Assembly (NCBI GenBank): GCA_964016885.1
Contig: OZ024742.1
Span: 254,138,001 to 254,202,000, forward strand
Reading direction: 5' to 3'
Origin: Eledone cirrhosa
Lineage: Eukaryota
Length of the DNA stretch: 64,000 bases
The first letter of the stretch is position 1, and each line of letters starts with the position of its first letter. The notes under the pieces were generated by a model, which did not search any database, was not told the DNA's origin, and saw only the letters and a program-made list of their open reading frames with translations. Both the position numbers and the translations under genes were made by a program. Positions 12,095 through 29,438 of this stretch are shown here, piece after piece.

Positions 12095-15000
12095 GCGTAT
12101 GTATGTTCTTCTGGTATTATTATTTTATATATTTTTGCCAATAGAGAGAGTTGGTTTCTAACATAGAAAAGAGACTCTTTCATTGGAATTTAGACATCAT
12201 CAATTAGGTAAATATGTATGTATGCCTGTATGAGTTTGTGTGTGTCTGTGAAGGTATGGGTGTTATTGCATGCATGAATATGTATGTATTGTGTTATATG
12301 CGTACGCGTGCATATGATTCTGTATCAATACAAGTGTTCACACAGTTATTAAATGCTGAATTTTTTAAATGGTTTATATAATTTTACAGTTCCATTAATA
12401 GACTGCAATTGCAACTTCCTAACTAGCTGTGGCCTTTCTGGTTCTGTGAAGCCCAACTTCTCGCGATTTTTACTGAGGCAGTTACTAACATATCCCAATG
12501 CCCCAATAAGCACAGGTATAAATCTGAAGGTATAGTCAGGGTGGAGTATCTGCAGATTCCTAATTAATTCAGCATAAATGTTCTCTTTTTCACTAATGTT
12601 TCATACTATATTGAGATTTGCCAGGCAGCTGATTTCCACTAATGTGCATGCCTTCTTTTCTCTGTCCCATATCACTATCTCTGGTCTGTTACGCTCTCAA
12701 TTTGTTGTACTCTTTCATATTATGTATGCATATGACATCTATGTCACTGTACCCATTTATACAGTTAGTTTCGGGGCTATCCTTTCTACAGATTGCATTA
12801 TATAGTATTTTTGCCACAACACTATGCCTCATAGGTAGATAGTACTGTGATAACATGTTTGGACAGCTGCTTATGACATGAGTGACATCTTCAATGTTAA
12901 TTCTATAGAGTCTCCATTTATTGTCACATCTAGGTGTTTTGCCTGCATCATTTTGTATTGATTTCCTATTCTTAGATTGCAAAAGTATATCCTTGAAAGT
13001 GACAGCCAATATAGTGGTTGTTGATCTAAGATAGCCTACTTTGCTTATCTATATTGTATGTATGTATATATGTCAGGTCATTATCAAGTGTTACTGGTAA
13101 CATGTAACCCAGTACAACCTGTCTCATGGTCGGGTCGTTGGTGATTAAACCGGCAACCCCACCAAGCTTGCTTGGTGAGGAGGGTGATATTTGGACATCC
13201 TGCGAGATAAAATACAAGACCTGGTAAAGGGCGGAGGAACTCAGCAGAGTCAACAGCCATCCAAATAGTACTTTCTTTTTTTTCCCTCTGGGAGGAGTGA
13301 AATGCCCCCAGTTGTTGTCACAACACCTTTCTAAGAGAGGGAAACTCTGGAAAAAACCTGCTTCTTTGGAATCATCCGATAATGTTAACCAGTTCTCCTT
13401 TTCGGGTAGTGTTTTCAATGCTGAGAGAGTGGGATTGGTCAAGTGCAGGGCCTCTCTCCACTTAAGAAACCGTCAAAGTACAGGCATTGCTTGTTCAGGA
13501 TATGTTACAGGTCCGTGTGGCTTGCTGTAGCCTAAAGGTGCACCATTTTCTGTAATCTGACAAGCGATTACAATACTCTTAGTTGAGTTTGCTGCCAATA
13601 TGTATGTATGTATGTTACCTGCACTCTCTTGGTTGAAGATAGACTACTTTGTTTCTTTATATTACTCTCACTAAGAAGCTTTCTGGCAACATAGCCATGA
13701 TCTTTTGCTGAAAATCATGCAGCTTTTCATCCATGGTTTCATAGCTGTATCGTTGTGCAATTTCCTTGGGTGTGAGGTTTTGGTTATCATACATTATTTC
13801 TCAAGATGCTCCTTCCCAACTCACTTCATGTTATTTGCATCATGTAGATAGAGTTGATTTATAGTTAGGCTTTTCTGATTGTAATTTGTAGATGTTATCA
13901 GAGGGATGTGATGCAACACTCAAATGCTGTTTGGATTGATGCTAAGCCTCTGCCTCCCTGTTTATGTTTTAGGTAGAGCCAGTCTATGTCACTAATGCTG
14001 TGCCAGTTAGAACTCTTTAGGTTTTAACATGAGTGGCTCGGATTTCAACTAGTATCCAGTCAAGCTGTCCAAATGTTTGTGTTAGCACAGACATAGCAAA
14101 CACATTGTGGGCCACTGATTTATTGTGTGCAGAGAGTCCAGAAGACTACAGTTTACTCATTTGGATGTTACATTCCATGGTTACTTATTCTTTGCTACAA
14201 ATACCATCATCGGATTTATTTTCATCTATCCCTAAATATCTGTAGAAGCCCTCATCAGATACCCATGAAACAGTTAGTCCATTGATAGAGATGTTGCTAG
14301 ATTGGCTTGTAGTTTTTCCTCACTGTATATAGGAACAGTTATCCTAGGCAAACTCCATTCCTATATTTTTTAGAACATCGTGTCAAGGACAAAGTTTTTC
14401 TTCATACCATCTATATTCTTGACATAAAGCTTCAGGTCATCCACATAGAAGTTAGTGTTTCCAGCCTACTGTGAACCAATTACATATCCTTCATATTTTC
14501 TAAGCATAAAAATGAATATATATAAATGAACCACGATGACACCAAACCGCTATATTATTAATTTATTGAAAATAACTCAAGCCGGAGTTATACTAAAAAT
14601 ACTCAGGGATTATGTACATTATTTGTTTGTAAAAGTAGAATTAAATTGTATTTACCAAGAAAACTTCATGAACTTCACTGGCTTGGTTAAGAAAGAGACC
14701 AAGAGAAAGAGATTGAGTGAAAGTAAGAGAGTAAGAGTCTATAAGAGTTTGTAAAACCCCAAAGGGGTCAGTAGAAAGCAAATGTTTCACATGTTTATTC
14801 TATGAAGAACTGTTTTGACCTGCTTGCCACTTGATCTAGAATATGCTATTTATATCAGTCACTTTCTCTGTCCCCTGATCGTCCACTCTCAGGCTTGTTT
14901 ATGCCCGAAAGGAAATAACCCAGAAAATGACCATTAAATGTCACCCAGGGGTCAAGGTGTGGACAAATTCCACTACAACTGTACCTCTGACATTGCAATT

Positions 15001-15590
15001 TTGTTAATTAGGAGTTAGCATCCCTTAAAAATCTGAGGAGTTTCCCAGCTACTTGCTCGTCTGTGATGATTTTGTTATTGTCACAGTGATCCTGGAAAAA
15101 TAGGTTCAGAAAGGCTGTATGTATTTCATACATTAGGTTTTAGCATGCAATAGGTTGCTAGTTTTTTGCCAAGTTGGTATCTTTGTTTTGGGGGACCAAT
15201 ATTGTTTCTGCTAATAACAACCACCTTGTTATATATACATTTCTACAGAAAGCTTGCTGGTAGAGTTTAATGAGGTACATCCAATAGAAAATCAGTGCTT
15301 TGTACCTGTAGCCAACAATCAAGTTTCTTCTTGGTACTTTCTTATTTTAAAGTTTCCCTATCACAGTCTCAAAGTTATCATCCTTGATGCTGTAAAGTTG
15401 TTGGTGTATTGCAGAGGCAGTAGTTCATTTGGAAGTCTTTCAACCACAACACTTTTTGCTTGAATTTCTTTTCCTCGCCCTATATCTTTCTTCAGAAGGA
15501 ATCTATATCGTTCTGGAATGGGGTCTAGTGACATTTATTGATTTACCCCTCATATCTCTATAGACTGATGTTTGATTTTGACTTAATCTT
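12095..15590 (-). mobile_element. R4-clade element with a (CATA)n tail, degenerate copy 1 (interrupted by insertions)
   Basis: HVISSCPNM..YYLPMRH, RT remnants (FYVDDLKLY, ETILVPK), and a 3'UTR homologous to 15612-15730 and 60700-60820. Confidence 0.8.
13070..13615 (+). mobile_element. Bipartite non-autonomous RTE derivative (diverged subfamily) inserted in the R4 element
   Basis: 5' part matches 29439-29640; (TATG)n tail. Degenerate ~28-bp flanking duplication at 13028-13055 / 13636-13663. Confidence 0.7.
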
Positions 15591-17620
15591 GTATGTATGA
15601 GTGTATGTATGTATGTTCTTCTGGTTTTATAATTTCACAAATTTTTGCCAATAGAGAGTCGGTTTCTAACATAGTTACAAGACTCTCTCATTGGAATTTA
15701 CACAACATCAACTAGGTAGATATGTATGCATGTCTACATGCATGCATGTGTATCTATGGATGTTATTGTATGTGTGGATGTGGATGTTTTTAGTTGTATG
15801 TGTGCATGTGCATACGCTTTGTATCTGTACATGTGTATTTACATGTGGTTTTACAGTTATTAGATGCACATTTTTTGGAATGTTTTACATATTTTTACTG
15901 TTCCATTAATGGATTGTACTTGCAATTTCCTAACTAGTTGTGTTCTTTCTGTTCCTGTGAAGCCTAGCTTCTCAAGATTTATATTGAGGCAGTTACTAAC
16001 ATATCCCAGTGCCCCATTAATCCCAGGCATAAACGTGAAGGTATAATCAGGGTGGAGTATCTGCAGATTTCTCATTATTTCTGCATAAATATTCTCCTTT
16101 TCACTAATCATTGATATTATATTGGCATCTGCTGGGCAGCTATCTTCCACTACTGTGCATGCCTTCTTTTCCCTGTCCCACATCATTATATCTGGTCTGT
16201 TATGCCTGCATTTTATTGGGGTTTTTACTGGAACATTCCACCAGTACTGTTTCATATTATGTATATGTATGTCTTCCACATTGCTGTAGCTTTTAATGTG
16301 TTTATTATCGGGGCTATCTTTTCTACGGATTGCATTATACAGTCTTTTGGCCACTACATCATGCCTCATAGGTAGATAGTACCACGATGACATCTTTGGA
16401 CAGCTGCTTATGACATGGTTGACATCTTCGATATTAATTTTGCAGAGTCTGCACTTGTTGTCACAGCTAGGTGTTTAGCCTGCATCCCTATTTCTTTTGT
16501 GAATCAGGTATACCGTGTTGATTTCCTGTTCTTGGATTGCAAAATCATATCTTTCAAAGTGGGAGCCATTATAGTGGTTGTTGGTCCAAGTCAGACTATT
16601 TTCTTTATCTATATTAGTCACTCTGGAGTTTCCTGGCACATATCCATGCATGATTTTTTGCTGATAAGCATGCAGTCTTTCATCCATGGATTCACTGCAG
16701 TACTGCTGAGCGACTTCCCTAGGTGTAAGTTTTTGATTATCACGCAGGGAATATCTTTCAAGGAGTTCCTTCCCAGCTCTCATGATCTTATCTGTTTTAT
16801 GCTTTCGAGAGATGGGCTCCTATGCTTCGAGGTTCGTAGATGTTGTCGGAGGGATATGATGCAACATTCAAATGCTGTCTGGACTGATGTTAGGCCTCTG
16901 CCTTCCTGCTTACGTTTCAAATAAAGGTGCTCTACGTCACTGTTGATGTGGAAGTTTCCAGTGTTGTTTAGTATTTTTCGAGTTCTAACATCAATTGCTT
17001 GGATTTTGTCTATCGTCCAATTGAGTATTCCAAACGTTGGTGTTAGGACAGACACAATAAACACATTGTGAGCCACTGTTTTGTTTTGTGCAGAGAGTTC
17101 CGATGACAATATCTTTCTTAATCGGGTGTAGTATTCCCTGGTTATGAGTCCCTTATTACAGATACCATTATAGGAAATGTTCTCATCTATCCCCAGGTAT
17201 CTGTAGCAGTCCTCATCAGATATCGGTGAAACAGTTAGGCCATTGATGACAATGTTGCTAGATTGGGTTTTTGCTTTTCCCCGCTTTACAGTCATATATG
17301 ATCATTTAGCTTGACCAAACTCCATTCTTATATCCTTTGAGAATGTTGTAACCAGGTCAAGATTTTTCTTCATCCCTTCTATGTTCTTGGCATAGAGTTT
17401 CAGATCATCCACAAAGAAATTATGGTTTAGGTTCACATTTCTGTCCTCCTGTGAGCCAACGATGTATCCTTCACATTACTTGAACTGAAAGGACAAAGGG
17501 TTTAATGAAAGGATAAATAATATCACAGAGAGACTGTCTCCCTGAAATATACCACTGCAATATTTTATTTTATCAGTGAAAATAGAGTCCTCCTCTCTCT
17601 TTAACTGTATGTTTGTCTGT
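15590..17620 (-). mobile_element. R4-clade element with a (CATA)n tail, copy 2 (5'-truncated)
   Basis: GIFQGDSLS, FFVDDLKLY, YRYLGI, EGRGL, RHNRPDIM..VVE.SCP (PD-(D/E)xK RLE) and GALG. Confidence 0.9.
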
Positions 17621-17627
17621 ATGTATA

Positions 17628-17866
17628 CACTATAAAAGCTTAACGGCACAGGCATTGCTTTATATCTGGAGATCTCTCTGCACTTCTCATCACATGGTAC
17701 CATGGGCCAAGCACTATGTGTCAATAATTGTCACAAGTGTAGTGTTTGTACCAGAGTTTTCAAGTTGCTGGCTGGACTAAAAAGTCACACTGGTTCAGTG
17801 CATCGGTAGGGGTTCTCCTATCTGGATATAAAGTAGTGGCCATACTCGAAAACGAGTTGGCAGCCA

Positions 17867-17870
<4 letters not shown>
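17628..17870 (+). mobile_element. Bipartite RTE derivative, 5'-truncated
   Basis: Near-identical to 27139-27380. Confidence 0.85.
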
Positions 17871-17956
<86 letters not shown>

Positions 17957-17984
17957 ATATATATATATATATATATATACATCC

Positions 17985-18022
<38 letters not shown>
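17869..18022. repeat. (TA)n microsatellite
   Basis: Near-pure TA run. Confidence 0.95.
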
Positions 18023-18024
<2 letters not shown>

Positions 18025-18868
18025 TGTTGCGCGCGCACCCCACATCTCTCCTCTTCCGACCACCGCTTCTTGGATTACCCACATGCGAAATTGACTTCTA
18101 ACCAAATCTCCAAACATCCGTGGAACTTACCAACTTTTTAACCATCCTCTTACACCATCACCTATATAACTCACCCACACACACACCCCCCCAAAAATTT
18201 TTTTTATCCACACGCCACCCACACCCACAACACGCTTAAACCACACACACGTGCTTCCCACCACATATTTACACCCTCAGCCTCCTGATTCCTCTCCCCC
18301 CACCCCCTATCCACACACGCACAGACACTCCGACCCACAAAAACACCCCCCACACACACCTTCCTGAACATGCAACCCCGTTCTTCCCCCAACCCTCACT
18401 TTCACATACACACACACACACACACACGCACACCTAACCACACACACCACCTTCAGCCCTCCCCGCTCGGACACCCCGTCTCCCTCTCCCCACTCCACCC
18501 CTACTCACCCCACGCCCTTCCACCACCTGTTTACCCCCTTTTAATTTCAGTTTATTTTGATCATGCCTTTATTTTTAAATTTTCTCATTCCTTGTATTTT
18601 GATCATGCTTTAATTTTATTTATTATATTTTTTGTCTTTATTTGTTAATTTTTCATTCGCACCGTTTCCTTTCACTATATGTCTCTCCACCACTCCCCTA
18701 CACACCATTTGAACTCTGTTCCCACACACTTCTCACCTGAAGAAGGGCTTATGCCCGAAACGTCCAACTCGGCTACGGCTGTCCCCCACCTACCCCCCAC
18801 TCTCCTGAGCGTGAATTTAATAAACATTTATTGTACTGCCTCTCTGTTCTGTCCCTGTTCAATTTTTC

Positions 18869-18870
<2 letters not shown>
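18023..18870 (+). mobile_element. Penelope-like element 3' remnant with a hammerhead core
   Basis: CA/C-rich UTR, then CTGAAGA-A-GGGC-TTAT-GCCC-GAAA-CGTC at 18737-18764, followed by AATAAA. Confidence 0.6.
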
Positions 18871-18930
<60 letters not shown>

Positions 18931-18934
<4 letters not shown>

Positions 18935-20251
18935 TAAACGGAATAGAAAATGCTGACAAATTGTTCACAGTTGAAAAATAGTTTAATTAGGAATAAAAGA
19001 GTATTAGTAATTGTATGGGTTAGTATTCAGTTGGGGTTTTAAGTTTTAAAATTTTTACGGTTTGCGCATTTCTAAATGCTTTTGAAAAAATATTTTTAAG
19101 ATAGAGCGTCCGTGTTGTTTGCTCTGATCTGATTAGTTTTGGGAATTCTACCTGTTTTTATGTTAAAAAAGTGGCTCCAGCCCTACTTTGGTGTTGCAAA
19201 AATTCTTGTGGTCAAAACAATTTTGATTGGTCGGTAGAGGTCATGTGAATGTAAAAAATTGATTTTGCGCCAAGACTGAGAAATGACTCTTTCACAACAA
19301 ATATGTGTGTGTGTGTGTGTGTAGTAGTAGTAGTAAAGTGTTCGATGTTGTGATAATGGTTAGCAGAGATGTGTGTGCGAACCGCAATAATGTACACCAT
19401 TTTACCAGGGGAAAAAAATACTGGTCCACCCACCCACACACACATTCTCACACACACACACACGCGTACATTAACATACAAAGAGACTTATACACACACA
19501 CACACACACACACACACTTCTCCGTATAAGACAAAAGCTGAAAAATATCTTTTGACATGCTAAAATACACCCACTGCTTACAGACACATTCCTACTGACC
19601 ATTCCGTTACCACGAATTACTCTGCTATACACACACACTTATCTTAATAGCCATTTGAACTGTCAACAGGCTGCGGTTCGCACACACATCCCTGCTAACC
19701 CTTATCACAACATCGAACACTTTACTACTACTACACACACACACACACACACACACATATTTGTTGTGAAAGAGCCATTTCTCAGTCTTGGCGCAAAATC
19801 AATTTTTTACATTCACATGACCTCTACCGACCAATCAAAATGTTTTGACCACAAGAATTTTTGCAACACCAAGTAGCTCTGGAGCCACTTTTTTAATATA
19901 AAAACAGTCTTGGCGCAAAATCAATTTTTTACATTCACATGACCCCTACCGACCAATCAAAATTGTTTTGACCACAAGAATTTTTGCAACACCAAACTAG
20001 CGCTGAAGCCACATTTTTAACATAAAAACAGGTAGAATTCCCCAAACTAATCAGATCAGAGCAAACAACACGGACGCTCTATCTCAAAATTATTTTTGAA
20101 AAGCATTTAGAAATGCGCAACCGGTAAAAACTTAAAAACTTAAAACCCCAACTGAATACTAACCCATACAATCACTAATACTCTTTTATTCCTAATTAAA
20201 CTATTTTTCAACTGCGAACAATTTGTCAGCATTTTCTATTCCGTTTGCCAA
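18931..20251. mobile_element. Foldback/MITE-like element with ~450-bp TIRs, inserted in (TA)n
   Basis: 18931-~19386 is the reverse complement of ~19673-20251. The right arm has a ~120-bp internal duplication. TA flanks. Confidence 0.85.
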
Positions 20252-20286
20252 TATATAATAACTTGTGTGTTACACCTCTATTATTT

Positions 20287-20547
<261 letters not shown>

Positions 20548-20559
20548 GTTTGTATATGT

Positions 20560-21300
20560 ATAATAAAGCCAAAACAATGCAGGTATGGACATAGAATAAA
20601 GAATGCAAATGCAAAAGATATTGTTGACAATTAGTCTTTTACCTTAGATTTATTTAAATGTCCTTAATTTTCGAGATAATATCTCTTCTTCGGAAGGAAG
20701 TAAAAACCATTGTTCTAAATAGCTTGCCAAGTCATGCTGACAGGAAATGGTACAGAGTATCTGTTCTACCTCTAATGTCAAAGAGTTAAGGTTAGGTGGA
20801 TAAAGAGTAGTCTCCCTTTAAAAGTTTTTTTTTTTTTGTATATGCCTGTTTAAGTGTGTGGGAGAATGCATGATGGTGTAAGTATGGAGTGTGTGTGTGT
20901 GAGAGTGAGAAGATATGTCTATACGTAAATGTGGGGGATAGATGTTATCTCGTGTTAGAACTGGTCTATGTGTGTGTATGTGTGTGTGTGAGAGAGAATA
21001 AGTGGAGGTGTAAGCGAGTGTGTGTGCGTGTGTGTGTGTGTGGGGGGGGGTAAATATGGGGCTAGAAGCTCTATCAAGTTATGAATTGGGTGTTGAGTTC
21101 TAGTCTATTATTGATTGGTGGTTGTGTTTTGTCTATAATTAGTGCTTCCTTAATTCTAAGATTGCCGAGGTTTCTTTCCTTAGTTTCTATCCTAACTGTC
21201 ATAGTTTTGTCGGTGTTTTTGCATTTAACTAGGTGTTTCTTAAATGAGGAAGCGTTAGTATTGAGGTATTCTTATGTGGAGTGGTCTGTTTAGTATTTTT
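20560..21300 (-). mobile_element. Penelope-like element 3' fragment (GIY-YIG C-terminus, pLTR, degenerate hammerhead)
   Basis: Minus-strand translation RPLHIR..EYL..FKKHLVKC..LRIKEALIIDKTQPPINNR. HHR-like TCCTT-CCGAAGA-A-GAGAT-ATT-ATCTC-GAAA-ATT-AAGGA at 20661-20698. Confidence 0.75.
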
Positions 21301-21304
21301 CGAT

Positions 21305-23602
<2,298 letters not shown>

Positions 23603-23621
23603 TATATGTATATATGTATAT

Positions 23622-24076
23622 ATGATCTAAAATGTCTTGCACAGAGTCGGCAACCAAAACATTTACTGGGAATAGTCGGCTGTGGTTGGAGTTCGTGTAC
23701 TTTTGCATGTCGCTTGAGCCCTCCTAAAAAGCCATATTCGATCGCAGTTGCTATCGTTTGTGGGTGTGTGTGTGTATATATATATGTATATGTATATTAT
23801 TATTGTTGTTGTCGTTATTATTATTGTTGTTATTATTATTATTATTATTATTGTTATTAATGTATGTGTGTGTGTATATTTGTGTGTGAGTGTGTGTGTG
23901 TGTGTGTGTATATGTGTATGTATATGTATATATATATATATATATATATTTATTTTTTTAAATTTTTTTTATTTTTATCTATTTATTATTATTTTTTTAT
24001 TTTTTTTCATTTCTCCTCGTGCAATGGCCATACTCGATAACGAGGGGGCAGCCATCATGTATGTATGTATGTATGT
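23622..24076 (+). mobile_element. RTE family B 3' fragment with a 5' inversion
   Basis: 23622-23725 is the reverse complement of 26372-26475; 23724-24076 is a direct copy of ~26484-26925. Confidence 0.9.
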
Positions 24077-26627
24077 CGGTTTATGATGTAGGCAGGCGTG
24101 TTCTGGGATTGGCGCAGAGGAAACATCAGGACTGGTTTGATGAGAATGATGTACATATAGAAGACTTGTTGGCTGATAAGAGGCGTGCTCTGTCACGCTA
24201 GTTGACGGCAAAACCACAGGAGAGGAATACGTTGCATGAGGAACTCAGGGATGTAAAATCACGTGTTAGGCGGAGTCTTTCTCAGATGAAGGATCTGTGG
24301 TGGAGTGAGAAGGCTGGTGAGATACAAACTGCGTCTGATTCCAATAACACAAAGCTGTTGTACAGTCTCTTGCGTGAGGTTTATGGACCGTCTTCTTCTC
24401 TGGTGACACCGCTTCGCAGCAAGGATGGCAAAGAACTTCTTCGTGACTCACAAGGAATTCTACGAAGGTGGCGAGAGCACTTTGATGATCTTTTGAATCA
24501 GCCGTCTGTCGTCAGTGAAGATTTTCTCAATCTCATTCCAGAAAATCCTGTGAAAGTAGCTCTCGCAGAACCTCCGACGCTTGTGGAGGTTGCAGTGGCT
24601 ATTTCGAAGCTGAACAGTGGAAGATCTCCAGGTATGGATGGCATACATGCTGAGCCCCTACAATATGGTGGTGAGAGACTCCTGCAACATCTTCACTCTT
24701 TGTTTGGCAGGATATGGGCTAATGAATCCGTACCTGAGGACTGGAGAGATGCAGTAATGGTGGTCTTGTACAAGGGAAAGGGTAACAGGAACGATTGTGG
24801 GAACTACAGAGGTATATCATTGCTTTCTGTCGTAGGGAAAGTTTTATGTAGAGTGCTTCTGGACCGTCTGCTGAAACACATTGCAGATTGTGTTCTTCCT
24901 GAAAGTCAATCTGGTTTTCGTGCTGGACGCGGCACTACTGATATGATCTTCTCAGCTAGACAGCTCCAGGAGAAGTGCATGGAACAAGGCTTGGATCTGT
25001 ATCAGGTTTTTGTCGATCTGACAAAAGCTTTCGATACTATTAACAGAGATGCATTATGGAAGGTTCTCCAGAAATTTGGTTGCCCTGATAAGCTTTAGTT
25101 AGGTCTTTCCATGACAACATGAAGGCTTGTGTTAATGTCGGGGGTAACATGTCGGAGCCTATCTCAGTAAAAAATGAAGTGAAGCAGGGGGATATTCCAG
25201 CACCGACCCTGTTTGCCATATACTTTGCAATGGTTTTTCTGTATTGCATTCAGGAATTGCGAGCATGGTGTTTACATCCGATATCGAACCTCGGGCAGCA
25301 TATTTAACATCAGGCGCTTTGCTGCGAAGACAAAAGTGTTTACATCAATCATAAGAGACCTCTTGTATGCAGATTATTGCGATCTTGTAGCGCACACAGA
25401 GAGTGATATGCAGCACATTTTGAATGCATTTTCTGACGCTTGCACTGCCCTAGGTCTGACTGTCAGTCTCAAGAAAACCGTCGTCATGTACCAACCTGCC
25501 CCTGGTAGGCAGTACACTGAACCAAACATCTATGTGTATGGCAAACGACTTGGAGTGGTTGATCAGTTTGTCTACCTGGGAAGCACTGTCAATCGATACA
25601 GCAACCTTGACAGTGAAATCTCACTTAGGATTAGGAAAGCAAGTGATGCTTTCGGAAAGCTAGAAAGGCGACTCTGGTAAAGGTGTACAGGGCATGTGTG
25701 CTCTCTTGTCTTCTTTATGCCTGCGAGACCTGGGTCACATATCGACACCACCTTAAGCAATTGGAGCGTTTCCATCAGATGTGTCTCAGACGGATCCATG
25801 GCGTTCACTGGAGGGACCACATCAGTGATGTCGAGATTTTGGAAAGCTCGATGTGTGACAGTATAGAAGCTCTTGTGCTTAAGCAACGACTCCGTTGGAG
25901 TGGTCACCTTGCCAGGATGAAGGATTCTAGAATACCAAAACAACTCTTTTATGGAGAGTTGGTTAAAGGAAAACGACCGCCACATAAACCAAAAAAGAGG
26001 TATAAGGATTCCTTGAAAGCCTCTCTGAAAGACGCTAACATCTCTGCTGATACATGGGAAAATATTGCTGCTGATCGTAATAAATGGAGAAAGACTGTAT
26101 ATGAGGGAAAAGTTGCCTTTGAGGCATCTCGAATCGCATACGAGAAAGTAAAGCGGGATGTGAGGAAGGGCAATGCTGTTGCACTTCCAGACGGCGAGGG
26201 TCCTCCTATGGTGCTGACATGCAGCGTATGTGCGAGACTCTGCCTAAGCAAAGTTGGACTCGAAAGTCATCTTCGCAGTCATAAAGTAAGACCAGTGGTT
26301 GACTACCAGGCTGCTGTTGGAGATGCTACTCATCATGCTTGCCAAACATGTGGTAGAGAATGTAAATCAGCAGGAGGGCTCAAGCGACATGCAAAAGTAC
26401 ACGAACTCCAACCACAGCCGACTATTCCCAGTGAATGTTTTGGTTGCCGACTCTGTGCAAGACATTTTAGATCATTGGCTGGGCTAAAAAGCCACATTCG
26501 ATCGCAACGCTGTTAGTTGCTATCGTGTGTGTGTGTGTGTGTGTGTAGATACGCTTATGTGTGTGCGTGTGTGTGTATATATATATGTATATGTATATTA
26601 TTATTGTTGTTGTCGTTATTATTATTG

Positions 26628-26662
<35 letters not shown>

Positions 26663-26677
26663 GTTATTAATGTATGC

Positions 26678-26719
<42 letters not shown>

Positions 26720-26789
26720 ATATGTATATATATATATACTTCTTTTTTTTTATTTATTTTTTTTTCTTCTTTATTTATTATTATTATTA

Positions 26790-26851
<62 letters not shown>

Positions 26852-26969
26852 TTTTTTTATTATTCTCGTGCAATGGCCATACTCGATAACGAGGGGGCAG
26901 CCATCATGTATGTATGTATGTATGTATGTATGTATGTATGTATGTATGTATGTATGTATGTATGTATGT
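24077..26969 (+). mobile_element. RTE-clade LINE, family B (BovB-like RT, three C-terminal C2H2 fingers), 5'-truncated
   Basis: HQDWFDEND, NYRGISLLS, PESQSGFR, FVDLTKAFD, LYADYC, YACETW, RLRWSGH, three CxxC..H fingers, microsatellite 3'UTR, (TATG)n tail. Confidence 0.92.
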
Positions 26970-28783
<1,814 letters not shown>

Positions 28784-28794
28784 ATATGTATATA

Positions 28795-29391
28795 TGATGC
28801 TACTGGTAACATGTATCCCAGTACAATCTGTCATATGGTCGGGTTGTTGGCGACTAAATTGGCAACCCCACCAAGGTTTCTTGTTGAGGAGGGTGACTTT
28901 GGACATCCTGCAGGACTAAAAACAAAACCTGTCAAAGGGCAAAGGAGCTCTTAAGAGTCAATGGCCATCCAAAATCACTGGGAGAGATGACCCCTTAGCC
29001 TTTGTCAAGGCAGAATTCTAGGAGAAGGAAAACTCTGATATAACACCTGCAACCCTGATGGTATCCAATGATGTTGACTTGTTCTTCATTTTGGTAAATA
29101 TCATCTTGGTTAAGAGAGTTGGACTGGCTTTGTGCAGTGCCTTTGCTCACTATAAAAGCTTCACGGCACAGGCATTGCTTTATATCTGGAGATCTCTCTG
29201 CACTTGTCGTCACATGGTACCATGGGCCCAGCACTATGTGTCAATAATTGTCACAAGTGTAGTGTTTGTACCAGAGTTTTCAAGTCTCTGCTGGCTGGAC
29301 TAAAAAGTCACACTCGTTCAGCGCATCAGTAGGGGTTCTTCTACATGGATATAAAGTAGTGGCCGTACTCGAAAACGTGTTGGCAGCCACA

Positions 29392-29392
<1 letters not shown>
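28795..29392 (+). mobile_element. Bipartite RTE derivative, near full length
   Basis: Tandem paralog of 29439-30060. Confidence 0.85.
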
Positions 29393-29422
<30 letters not shown>

Positions 29423-29438
29423 TACATACATATATATA

